Source of the DNA: the human T2T-CHM13v2.0 reference genome, Homo sapiens
Reading direction: 5' to 3' (one strand)
NCBI RefSeq assembly: GCF_009914755.1
Contig: NC_060935.1
Length of the DNA stretch: 64,000 nt
Part shown: positions 52,382-64,000 of the stretch, piece after piece
Position numbering within the stretch: the first letter of the stretch is position 1
How the letters are laid out: each line of letters opens with the position of its first letter
Notes under the pieces: generated by a model
Told to the model about the DNA's origin: nothing
The model's input: the letters and a program-made list of their open reading frames with translations, nothing else
Databases searched by the model: none
Program-made: the position numbers and the translations under genes

Positions 52382-55300
52382 TTCTAGTTGGAGAGAACAG
52401 CATATGCAGTAATTTTGAGTTTGTGTATATTTGGAGGCCTGAGGAACCACAAAGAAGTCTATGTTTCAGAATGGGATAACTTAGAAAAAGAATGGAAGGA
52501 AATGAATTCAGAGAGACAAAGATGGCCAAATCATAAATGCAGCCTTATTAAGATAGGTTTTGCTGGGTGAAATGCATTTAGCTGGACATGCTAGTCTAAG
52601 GTCATTTCACATATAATGAGTTTAAGCAACTTGTTACGTATCTCAGAAATAGAAATAATTATTTCCTTTCTAGTAACTATAGCTCTATACTCCAACTCTT
52701 AAGCATGAACTGTTCTTACTTTTCCATAAATATTGGCTGGAATAGCGAAATTCAAATTGTGTTTTTTTATTTCCAACTATCTGAGAAAACACATTATCTT
52801 GAATAAATTTAATGTAATTGGTCAGATACATCTATGTTGATTTTTATACAGAAAGAAAGGAAATGAACAAAATTTTGTGGATTCTAAGAACTAGCAAGAC
52901 TGAGGTTTAAATTATTGGATGTTCGAGTGACAAACAGAATCAGTGAGATTTAGTAGGAGATGGATATATACATTTCTCTTTTGACTAACCCATTATCACT
53001 GCAGGATTATGTGAATTTAAGGCTAGAAGCTATGAGAGCTGAGTATCAGAAGATGGCTGCATTTCACCATGAAGAAGAAAAACATAATTTGGAGATGCTG
53101 AAAAAGAAGGGGAAAGATATTTTTCATCAACTTCATTTAAGTAAAGCCAAAATGGCTCATAGGAGGGAGATTTTAAGAGGAATGTATGAGGAGCTGAAGG
53201 AAATGTGCCATAAACCAGATGTGGAGCTACTTCAGGTACAAACTCACAATGTGGTTTCAGGTTTTTGAATATTCACATGTGTAAGTATATTCCTCATGGC
53301 TGAAATCCATCTCCCTACCTTTATTTCCATGATGTGTTTCCAAAAACACATTCGCATAACTAATGCTACTTTGTTGGGAGAGTATAGCCCCGCCAAGGGA
53401 TTCTACCAGGCCAAAGGTCCCTCCTACTTTATCCACCAGCCACAAAACTTTGTGGAATGGTCAAGCTGACAGCCCCAATAACTATTCCCCATCTAAGTCA
53501 ATAATATATTTTGGGTTGTTTAACATGTATAAAATAGTGAGTGATTCATTTACATTTAGGTTAATTTGAGGACATGGCAAGATCAGAAGTTTTGGGAATC
53601 TAGGCTCACATCAATATTATTTTGAGGTCCACTCATTTGGGTAATAGGTTCTGGGAAAGATGACTGGGTAGGTTATTTGAAGTTATCACAGAGCATAGAC
53701 TCTCTGGGCCTCTTCTCCCTTCACTTCTGGAGAGAATGTCTTCAAGACTCAGACTTTACCAGGACATTAATTAATGACAAAACGACTAACTGGGATTTTC
53801 ATTACAGAAGAAACAGAAAATGCTTTCCAGATGGTAGGGAAATAATATCTTTAGATACTGACTCGAAATTTCACACTGAACTTAGTGAAAGGTGCATCTT
53901 GTGAAATGTCCTACATATTTCTATTTTTTTTTACAGGGTTTCGGAGACATATTACACAGGTGAGTGTTTACCTAGATTTTAGTATATATTCTTTCAGTTT
54001 CCATGAATATCAAAGCAGGCTCTACCAAAGTCATGGCATAAATGATTAAGATATTGATACTACCTTTTTTTTGCATCTGCTTTCACTCTCACACCAGAAA
54101 AGACAAGAACACTAAATAAATAAATAAATAAATAGTGAAATAAAAAAAAATGTTTATTCCTGATTTTGTTTTATTGCTTAAAAGCCTGCATAGGTGAAAG
54201 ATAAAGTTTTGTTTTGTGGATGGTGAGAAAGTCACCAGAGGAAGCAGGAGAGAAGTGGGGGAAGTATTTCAGCAGTGAAAAAGTTGATGATTTGTTGTTC
54301 ATACCTACATACATATCAGTTAACAGTCCTGAAAAATAGGTTGAAAAAACTGTGGAGTATTAGAACTGTATAAGTCTCTAGGGAGGCTTGTTTCTAAAAG
54401 GCAGATCTAGCTGCCTAGAACAAGTTTCACATTCTTTATCTTGAAAAGGAAGCAGCAGATGCAGCAGTCTCCCCAGAACCCCGCTATTTCAGACAAAGAT
54501 GTCAGGGGAGTCTGCCAAGAAGTGGAACTCAGAATTTCATTTCCAAATATTCTCAAGGCCATAAGGCTAAGGAAACTTACACATGTGGGGCAGAAAAAAA
54601 AGAAGGATCAGACTGAATTCTGACTCAGACTCTCCCACTATGCTTTAAAATTTGGAAACTGTAAATAGAAATTAATTCCAAAAAGGAAGGAATAATTTTT
54701 GAGTAATCAAATTTGTGGATTCAAAGGATTCTCATGAACTGTCTTTTAAATAGAAATAGTGGTTTTTGTTTATTTTATGGCTGTAGATGTTGTAACTGCA
54801 GGTTTTTCCTTCCAGGAGTGAGTCCGTGCTGCTGCACATGCCCCAGCCTCTGAATCTAGAGCTCAGTGCAGGGCCCATCACTGGACTGAGGGACAGGCTC
54901 ATCCAATTCTGAGGTAAGTCTCCACCCACAGGCAGCACTCCCACTATCTAAATATTATTATTGTTAGGACCACATGGGTAATACTTCACCATTTATCAAA
55001 TATTTTACTTCTTTATAGACATAAGTGAACAACATAATCATGCAACCCTTTTGTATCTGTGTCTGTATAGTCAGATTTATAGCATTAAGTTTGAAAGATA
55101 GTGAAAAACAAATACATTTTGGCCTCATATGTACTGAGTAATGTAATGGGAAAAAAGAGTAGTGTAGCAAATTTAAAAAAGGAGCAAATGGAACAATGCT
55201 CAGAATGAAGGTGAGTTATTTAATGTTAAATACAAAATTTTACATTTCCTTAGTGTATTCATTTGAACAGCTAAGAACTTTTTTTGGGATTATGGTTTAC

Positions 55301-56498
55301 TGGGGATTGCTGAGGGTTTTTAATTTTTTAAATGGATATGTATCATGTATTGCAAAAAAAAATAGTTAATGGGTAAACATAAAAAGAAGAAACCATTTTG
55401 TGAATACAAGTAAAATTACAAACAAGAAGAACTTCAGTTTAATTGCAATATGAAGAGCTACATGATAAGTTTAAAATCCAGCTTCAGCCCCAAGCTAGCA
55501 TGGAGGACCACAGAGAGACTGGTAAAAGATTTTACAGAAATCTGCTTTAAATTGTCACTTACGACATGTACTTACGGATTTTTATCCAGTCATCAAGAGC
55601 AGTTCTTGAGTAACTGAAAATCTTCACATTCTTTCCAAAATGATAGCACTAGTTTTTAAGAATAAGAAACATTTCTAAATAATGATCTTGATAATAGCAT
55701 AGCATTTAGGGCATATAATGTGCAAATTTTGCTTTGAAAATTGGATTGAAAGAAGTTGGTCTTACATTTGGCTCTCAATAAGTAAGTTTTCAAAACATTT
55801 TTAATACCTGTGGTTAGTGTTTTGTTTGTCTTGTAGTTAATCATCTCTATGCTTTATTAGAAGTTAGAAGCAAAAGTGTCCTTGTGACTCTACATTTCCT
55901 GGTAAATTAACTTCTTGATAGAACAATTTTTGCTTATTGACACATGTCTATGCATGTTTTGTTTCTTTCTCTTTTATTTATTTATTTATTTATTTTGCAG
56001 TGGATATTACTCTGCCTCATAATGAAGCCAACAGTCATATCTTCCGAAGTGGAGATTTGAGAAGCATGTGTATTGGATGTGACCGTCAAAATGTGCCCCA
56101 TATCACTGCAACACCTACAAGTTTTCTTGCATGGGGTGCTCAGACTTTCACCTCTGGCAAATATTACTGGGAGGTCCATGTGGGGGACTCTTGGAATTGG
56201 GCCTTTGGTGTCTGTAATAAGTATTGGAAAGGGAAGAATCAGAATGACAATATATATGGAGAGGAGGGACTCTTTAGTCTTGGATGTGTCAAGAATGACA
56301 TTCAGTGCAGTCTCTTTACCACCTCCCCACTTACACTGCAATATATCCCAAGAACTACCAGCCGCATAGGATTATTCCTGGATTGTGAAGCTAGAACTGA
56401 GCTTCGTTGATGTTAACCAAAGCTGCCTTATATACACCATCCCTAATTGCTCCTTCTCACCTCCTCTCAGGCCTATCTTTCGGTGTATTCACCTCTGA
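50480..56498 (+). pseudogene. TRIM53BP: TRIM53/TRIM48-like gene with SPRY lost (probably TRIM53BP or its twin TRIM53AP)
   Basis: Exons 50480-50890, 51176-51271, 53005-53235, 53937-53959, 54816-54913, 56001-56498. Open for 285 codons to TGA 54910-54912 (CGA in gene 1); 2-nt deletion at ~56398 in SPRY. Symbol assigned from recalled gene order only. Confidence 0.8.
52300..52378. repeat. (TA)/(TG)n microsatellite
   Basis: Direct. Confidence 0.92.
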
Positions 56499-58017
56499 CC
56501 AGAGATAAATCAGAAATGTGTTCATCTGCTGTGAGAATCCCTTTATTCCAGGAAGCCCTCTTCCTTGTGCCTTATCAAACAGGACAAATAGGTTCTGTTT
56601 TATGTCTTGAATTGCCTCCTAATGTTATTAAAACTCATTTATTGTGTTACTATTAAAAATGGTAAAAACACTAAAAGTATATGTATTGGTTCTTTATTAA
56701 TTTTTGAGAAATCATTATTCGTGATCATGGCATACAGTATATTCTGTTTTTTTTTTTTTCTTTATTTCTGACTGCCACTGAGTGAAATAATAGATGACAG
56801 ACATGTCTGAATGGAGTTAAAATCAATGGAAGAGAGTCGGGATCTTTTGCTTCATGCAAAAGCTTGGAGTGAAGTCTTGATAGCTGGGAAATGTTTTTCT
56901 TTCTCTTTACCTAACTATATTGCACTTATCCATCACATTTCATTTTACTAATCTATCCTTTGAGTTAATATTATTTGATCTTCCATGCTGGGCTTCATTT
57001 CGGAATTCTCACCACATAGATAAACAATCCTGCATTAGTGTGCTCTTCTACATTGAAATACACAAGGTGGTCAGAACAATGCTGGATTAATTGAATTTTA
57101 AAAAACAACTAAATATTGACTCCTACCTCAAAACACACACAGTCATTTCCAAATAGATTCAAGTCCTGAAGATTCAAGTCCTGATACAATATTCTCATAA
57201 GGATTTCTTAACCAGGACAAAAATTAACAATTAAAAAAATTAGTCGGTTTATATTAATAACGACTTCTGTGTTTCAAAAAACATGATACAAGAATTGAGA
57301 TGCAAACAATTAGTGGAGAAAGAGATTCACCCGAACTATATAAAATGAAATACAATACATGTGCATGATGAATACTTAAAATGTATTTTAAGTATTTTTC
57401 CAGATTCTTCCAGAGTGGCATAGAATAAACTTGGATGGCAGAGTCAATGATGAGATTAGCTGTGGAAATGGGAAACCGTTTTTTGGAGGACAGTAGTAAT
57501 GCTGTGAACCTATGAAAACAACCAATTATTCAGTAGCAACTAAAATGTGTCTCCATAAGATTATTTTACAGATGCGTATCTGAAATCTGAAATTTGGAAG
57601 AACATTCTACTAGTGTTCTCTAGTGAAAAAATACAGCTGGAAGGAAGAAGGGAGGGAAGATGAAGGAGAGAGAAACAGAATGCATTTGAGAGAAAATGCT
57701 ATTTAGACTAAAATAGAATACTGCAGATACCATGACAAAGTGGTTAAGGTGTGTCTTATGGAGCAGAAATGGCAGAAAATACCACAGTGAAGAGATTTAC
57801 AATTGGATTGTTAGTTCCGGCTTTTATCCTGTCAATGTTGTGGCTTCTAAACACATCAGTAATCTCCTTTGATCCATGTGCTAATTAACAACCAACACTC
57901 TGCCCCCTCTCCCAGATTCTTTCCATCGCTTTAAACCTAATCTAATTCTAATCCAGCTGGTCACTGTAACACATGTAATCACCTAATAATTTTAAAAATA
58001 TTTTTGATGAATAAATG

Positions 58018-58176
58018 AAAAATTAGCTAGGTGCAATGGCATAAACCTCTAGTCTTTTTTACTTTGAAAGCTGAAGTGGGAGGATTACTTGAGCCCTGGA
58101 ATTCAAGGCTGTGGTGAGCTAAGATTGTGCCACTGTATTCCAGAGGGTGAAACTTTCTTTGGTATAAATAAATAAA
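58018..58176 (+). mobile_element. Right arm of an AluJ-like element
   Basis: aaaattagctaggtgc...ggaattcaaggctg; homologous to the right arm of the Alu at 47154. Confidence 0.85.
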
Positions 58177-58326
58177 TGTGCACTTAGAGGAATGCTTGTG
58201 CCTTGGGAAGAAACTCAGGAAACAGTATTAATCAATTTTAGTTAATTTCTAGCATATTTACTCTGATAAGATTGATGATAGATATGCCTCATTCAGGCAG
58301 TGGTTTTTACAATGATAGTGTGATGC

Positions 58327-58457
58327 TAATTTAATCAGTGATGAAAAGGCGTGTACTAAATATTGCATAAACCTAATCATCTCTGCTGTCTCCACCTTTC
58401 TTAATACCCTAAATATCACTAAAGAGGTGGGTGTGGTCTTCAAAGATTCACATAAAA
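58327..58457 (+). promoter_or_regulatory. Gene 4 proximal promoter
   Basis: TAATTTAATCA 58327-58337; AAACCTAATCA 58369-58379; GGGTGTGG 58429-58436; CATAAAA (TATA variant) 58451-58457. Confidence 0.78.
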
Positions 58458-58479
58458 GGAAGTAGAAGAGACAAGCTCA

Positions 58480-58633
58480 TATTTCTCCAGAGGAGGACAG
58501 CACTTCGAGTTAGTTGCATTCAGGTGACCTCTGAAAGTCAACTCTGCAAGGAATGAGCTCCTGATCTTGGGGAGTACTTAAAAGAACTTTTTCTTGGAAG
58601 AATTACTGCAGGAAACATTCATAGAACCTTGGG
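58480..58633 (+). other. Gene 4 non-coding first exon (start approximate) with uORF MSS* (58553-58564)
   Basis: Donor GTGAGT at 58634-58639. Confidence 0.72.
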
Positions 58634-59335
58634 GTGAGTGCAACTTATATGGAGAAAATTATTTCTCTCTTCCTTTAAAATAGTAAATTACAGTGATAAA
58701 AATATCTGACTAAACTTACTTAATGATCTTATTTGTAACTCATAGTATTGCTATTCATTTTATGACATGAGGTTATTAATTGTTGTCATTTTGTGTGTTC
58801 CAAAAGTGTTTAATATATTTTTGAAAAATTTTAGATATCTAGTGTTTGCTGCAATAGATTTGTATGCATCATGAATATATGGAATTCACATTAAAACATA
58901 TATATGTGTACTGCATGTACTAATATTGGTACACTTAATTAAGTAAAAAAGGATAATTATTGAATACTGTAAATGTTGTGCTTTCATAACCTTAAGCTTT
59001 TAGACATGATTTTAAGTTACTGAGGCAATGGTGAGTTAAAAATGGTGATACTAAAGGAAATAAGAATGCTCTCCAAAATGCCCTAGCTTAGAAATCAAAA
59101 CACAATTGTTTAGCAGATAACTGTATAAGGAATGATTTGATACTTGATACTAGTTGTCATTTTAATTGAGGCTTACCTCAGATGAAACTATGAAAAATTC
59201 CTTGAAATGGCTCAGACGACCTCTGAAAAATATTTGCAAGTCTTAAATTTTCACTGTTGGCACTTAAATTCAACAGTGTTTAGTAAAAGAGAGTAAGGTA
59301 AAGGACTTCAAACGGCCAAGGCAAAGATTACAGTT

Positions 59336-59965
59336 TGTATTGGTCAGGGTTCTCCAGAGAGACAGAACCATAGGATGTGTACATAACTATATATATATAC
59401 CAAAAATACTTACAATTGTGGTACAATTGCCTATCGTATACCATACAGGTTTGTAGCCTAGGAACAATATGCTATACTGTATACCATAGGTGTGTAGTAG
59501 GCTATACCATCTAGGTTTGTGTAAGTGTACCCTATGATGTTCAAACAATAAGGAGACTGTCTAATGCGTCCCTCAGATCATATATCTGTCCTCACTCTAC
59601 ACATGACACTGTACAGGAGAGGAAGTCCACTAGGGAAATTTGTTCCCTTGATTATGGAGTCTGAGAAGTTGAACATAGGCTGTCATTAAGGTAGTATCCT
59701 GGAGATACCAATATCCTGGCTGAGTTAGAATAAGCTTCAGGAGAAAGAGAGGAAACTGCCTTCTCTCTGCCCTTTATCTTCAGTCTGAGCTACCAGCTGA
59801 TTGGATAGTGTCCACCCACATTGAGGGCTGCTGTTCCCCACTCAGCTCACCAACTTACATGTCTCTCTGGAAACACCTTCACAGACTCACCCAGAAATAA
59901 TGCTTTACCAATTCTCCATGTATTATTTGATCTAGTCAAGTCAACACCTAAAATTAACCATAATA
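59336..59965 (-). mobile_element. MLT2 LTR with partial Tigger3a and no Alu
   Basis: tgtattggtcagggttctccagagagacagaacc...aaaattaacca. Confidence 0.85.
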
Positions 59966-60658
59966 CCATAGTAACATAATTATATATATTTCAGTTTTTA
60001 AAAAACTGACTATATGTCAGTTCATAGTTGGAGTAGCCCAAAGAAGAAGTTAATTTAAGCCATAAGAAAAATAAACCCAATATTTTTCATTATTTATTTT
60101 ATCTCCTAGTGATCCTAGACTGGTTTAATTGCTGTGTTTTTGTTTATCTGGTCGGTTGGTTTGTTCTGGGGTTGTTTTTGTTTTAAAGAGCCGGCTTCTG
60201 GGTCCCTCTCTCTAAAAATATGTCATAGCGCCCTCTGACCATCTTCTCATGTTTTGTTACCCAATGTAGGTTTTCTACTGCTCTCCCATAGTCATTCAGT
60301 AGTTATTTGAAAGAGAAATAGGGACAAGCATGTTTTATTCTAGACCACTTAAGATTAAAACCCGAGTTTCATATCGACATCCAGGGAATAGGTTTTTGAA
60401 CAGATTTGCATTATGTTGCGGGCAGGAACTACGAGTAGAAGAGGTTGCGAGTCATCTAGTCAGTAGTGCCTGCTAAAAAGCCTAAGGACTCTCTTTGTGT
60501 ATGAATTTTTCATTTTTGTTACAGAGGAAATAGTTTGTTCTGCTTTAATGAGCACTGTCAAGAAGAAAATATAGCTACCACATATCACCACATGTTCACA
60601 GATTTTCACCAACCCAGACCCCAAAATGACATGCTGCTCTCTCTTCTTCATCAGAAAC

Positions 60659-63498
60659 ATGAATTCTGGAATCTTGCAAGTCTTCCAGAGGGCACTCACC
60701 TGTCCCATCTGCATGAACTACTTCATAGACCCAGTCACCATAGACTGTGGGCACAACTTTTGCCGGCCCTGTTTCTACCTCAACTGGCGAGACATGGCAG
60801 TTCTTGCTCAGTGCTCTAAATGCAAGAAGACAATACAGCAGAGAAACCTCAAAACTGACATTTGTTTGAAGAACATGGCTTCCACTGCCAGAAAAGCCAG
60901 CCTCTGGCAATTCCTTAGCTCTGAGGAGCAAATATGTGGGATGCACAGAGAGACAAAGAAGATGTTCTGTGAAGTGAACAAGAGCCGGCTCTGTTGGCTG
61001 TGCTCCAACTCTCAGGAGCACCGGAATCACAGACACTGTCCCATTGAGTGGGCTGCTGAGGAACGCCGGGTAAGTGATGCCTCTGAAGATCTATTTCTAT
61101 ACAGGACACATGAAATTCTTGTAAGTCTATTTCCTTGGAGATTGGATGATGCCATCTCTGTGTCCCCTTAAGCATGTCTGTTATGAGCTTCCTTGACTTC
61201 ACACCTCTCAGATTTGACAAACATGAGGAGAAACAAAGCAAACTCTATTTTCTGTGGGCTAATTTGTCTCTCATTTTGGGTCCTTCGTATATCAGAGTGT
61301 GAGTGATACTTTATTGTCCTCACTTGTGCTTCAATTCATGGCTCTTTTGCAGGAGGAGCTCCTAAAAAAAATGCAGTCTTTATGGCAAAAAGCTTGTGAA
61401 AATCTCAGAAACCTGAACACAGAAACCACCAGAACCAGATGCTGGAAGGTTAGTACCGTATTACTCTACCTTCTGCAGGAACTTATAGTGAACAAATGGG
61501 TGACTCTTAAAACAGGAACTTGATCTCAACCCATAATGTTTCTGGAATTCAATAAACAAGGAAAAAACACTTGAGAAAAAAACACCCTAATTTTTTATAT
61601 AAGTTAGTGTGACTCTTTGGTAGGATGTCTAATCAGACCACAGATGTTACCCAAGCATGCTCATCTGTTTCCATACAAACCTATAGCAATACCCCCAACA
61701 AATACAAGAAACTGGGCCATTTCACACTGTTCCCAATGGGCTGCCTGGATAAATTCTGGATACAAGTGTTATTTGTCAGTCATGGAAATTTCAGGTGACC
61801 CTTCTAAGGCTGAGTCAGTATGAATTTGAATCCTGGTGGGCAACTATATTGAAATGTGAGCTAAATTTCAGGCAGAAGGAGCAAGAGCACAACCTTAGGG
61901 AAAGCATGAAATTAAATATCAGCGCTAATTAATATTGAGTAAGTCATAACACATAATGGGAAAAGTGGTGAGAAATGTAGACTTGTGTCTTGATGAAGAC
62001 ATAAATATGTGAGAAATATGGGAACTAGTATTTAATATAAGGAGAACTCTAAGGACTTGAGAAGAATTCTAGAAATGATTTTCTCTTTGTGGATGTTTAT
62101 ATTGAGGGTATGATATCTAATATTAATTCATTAATTTATTCTAATATTAATTCATTGAAAGATATTTTATGAGTACCTAGTCTATGTCAAATATCAACTT
62201 AGAAAATTAAGGATTAAAGAAGAAAGAAAACACACAAATCTTGCAATGGAAATGAGAAAAGCAAATGGTCACCATGCAGATATGTGAAGTACATGATGTG
62301 TTAGAGTGTAGTAGTGTCTTTGGAGAATAATCAAGCAGGAAAGTAGAAAAGGAGCACAGAGGCCAGGGACTGGGGCTGAGGGTTTGAGTTTTAAATAGGG
62401 TGGTCAGAAAAAAGGCTCATGGAAAAATTCACACTGAAACAAAATCTTGATCAGGAGGAAATATACATATCCTCCTGTTTGCCTTCCTCTTCTTCATAAA
62501 TATATGAATATGTATGTGTATCTGGGTGTTGGTATATATATATATATATATGGATATATTTGAGGAATATATATATACACACACACAGATACACGTATAT
62601 ATTCCTCATATATCCATATATACCTATATTTGAGAAATATATATATGAGTACATATATGAGAAATATATATATATATGTATATATGAAAATAATTCTAGG
62701 TATAGAAAACAGCATGTGCAGTAATATTTAATTTGCATTTATTTGGGGGTTTGAGGAACCACAAAGAAGTCCATGTTGCTGATTAGTGTGAGTTTGGAAG
62801 AGAATAAATGAAACCTTATTAGAATATGTTATGCTGGGTGAAATGCATTGAGTTGACAATGCTAGTCTGGGTCATGTCATCATTTGTCGTATAATGGTTT
62901 TACATAACTTGCCCCAATTCTCCAAAATAGAAATAATGGTTTCTTACCTAGTCAATATAACTCGATAGTTTGATTCTTAAGCAAGAACTGTGTTTTCTTT
63001 CTATAAATGTGGTGTGGAAGAGAGAAATCCATTTTTATATAACTATCTTAGAAAGCATTTTATCATTAATCAAGTAAATGTAACTGGGCAGAAACAACTA
63101 TGTTGATATTAGTACAGAAAAAAAAGGAAAGGAATAAAATTTTGTGGAATCTGAGACTTGACAAGATTGAGGATTAAAATATTGGGTGTTCAGAATGCTA
63201 AGAGGAATCAGTGAAATTCAAGAGAAGATGGATAAAACATTTCTATTTTGACTAATTGTCACTGCAGGATTATGTGAGTTTAAGGACAGAAGCAATCAGA
63301 GCTGAATATCAGAAGATGCCTGCATTTCTCCATGAAGAAGAGCAACATCACTTGGAGAGGCTGCGAAAGGAGGGCGAGGACATTTTTCAGCAACTCAATG
63401 AAAGCCAAGCCAGAATGGAACATCCCAGGGAGCTTTTAAGAGGAATGTATGAGGATCTGAAGCAAATGTACCATAAAGCAGATGTGGAGCTACTCCTG
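60659..63498 (+). CDS. TRIM51-like gene, first three coding exons (246 open codons); 3' exons outside the window, so coding status is unresolved (possibly the TRIM51BP pseudogene)
   Basis: Exons 60659-61069, 61353-61448, 63268-63498, all GT-AG; [18 protein letters not shown]...EELLKKMQ...[32 protein letters not shown] resembles recalled TRIM51. Confidence 0.8.
62500..62690. repeat. Degenerate (TA)n-rich tract
   Basis: At the position homologous to the microsatellites of genes 1 and 3. Confidence 0.85.
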
Positions 63499-64000
63499 GT
63501 ACGGACTGACCATGGGGTATCATGATGTTGAACATTCACATACATGGGTGTTTTTCCTCTCTCCTGAAATCCGTCTCCCCCTTCACTTCCATTATTTGTT
63601 TCCAAAAACATGATTCGATAACTAATGCTACTTGGTTGGGAAGGTATAGCCTCTCCTAGTGATTCTACTAGACCGAAGGTCCCTCCTACCTTATCCACCA
63701 GCAACAAAACTTTGTAGAATGGCTAAGGTAACAGACAGCCCCAAGAAATATTTCCCATCAAAAGTCAGTGATTTATTTAGGATTTTTGAAAGTGGATAAA
63801 ATGAGAAGTGATTCATTGGCATTTAGGCTAATTTGGAGACATGGCATGATGGAGAAGTTGGGGAATCTAGGATCACACTAATATTATTTTGGGGTCCACT
63901 CATTTTGGTAACAGGGCTTAGGGAAGATGACTGAGTAGCTTCTTTATGGTTACCACAGAGCATAGACTCTGTGGGCCTCCCTCCTCTCCCTTCACTTGTA

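Overview
Primate (almost certainly human) genomic DNA from a TRIM49/TRIM51/TRIM53/TRIM64-type gene cluster. From recall this is the chr11 segmentally duplicated TRIM array; which copy it is cannot be settled by eye. There are four paralogous RING-B-box-coiled-coil-PRY/SPRY genes with the same 411/96/231/23/98/~500-nt coding-exon plan. (1) An intact TRIM49-type gene on the minus strand (CDS 10145->3806, 452 aa). (2) A divergent TRIM64-like gene on + (25759-32612) whose only two inactivating lesions both sit in one in-frame-skippable exon. (3) A TRIM53/TRIM48-like gene on + (50480-56498) with a CGA>TGA stop 1 nt before the last junction and a frameshifted SPRY exon. (4) A TRIM51-like gene on + (from 60659, runs off the window), open as far as can be seen. 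Genes 1, 3 and 4 share a promoter module (TAATTTAATCA DUX4-type site, second AAACCTAATC site, GGGTGTGG box, TATA) and a non-coding first exon with a tiny uORF. Genes 1 and 3 form an ~11-kb inverted paralogous pair. The rest is Alu, L1, L2, MLT2/MER31-type LTR and Tigger/MADE1 repeats, including a twin-primed young L1 and an L1-tail-derived 300-bp pure-AT minisatellite. Repeat boundaries and subfamily names are by-eye estimates.
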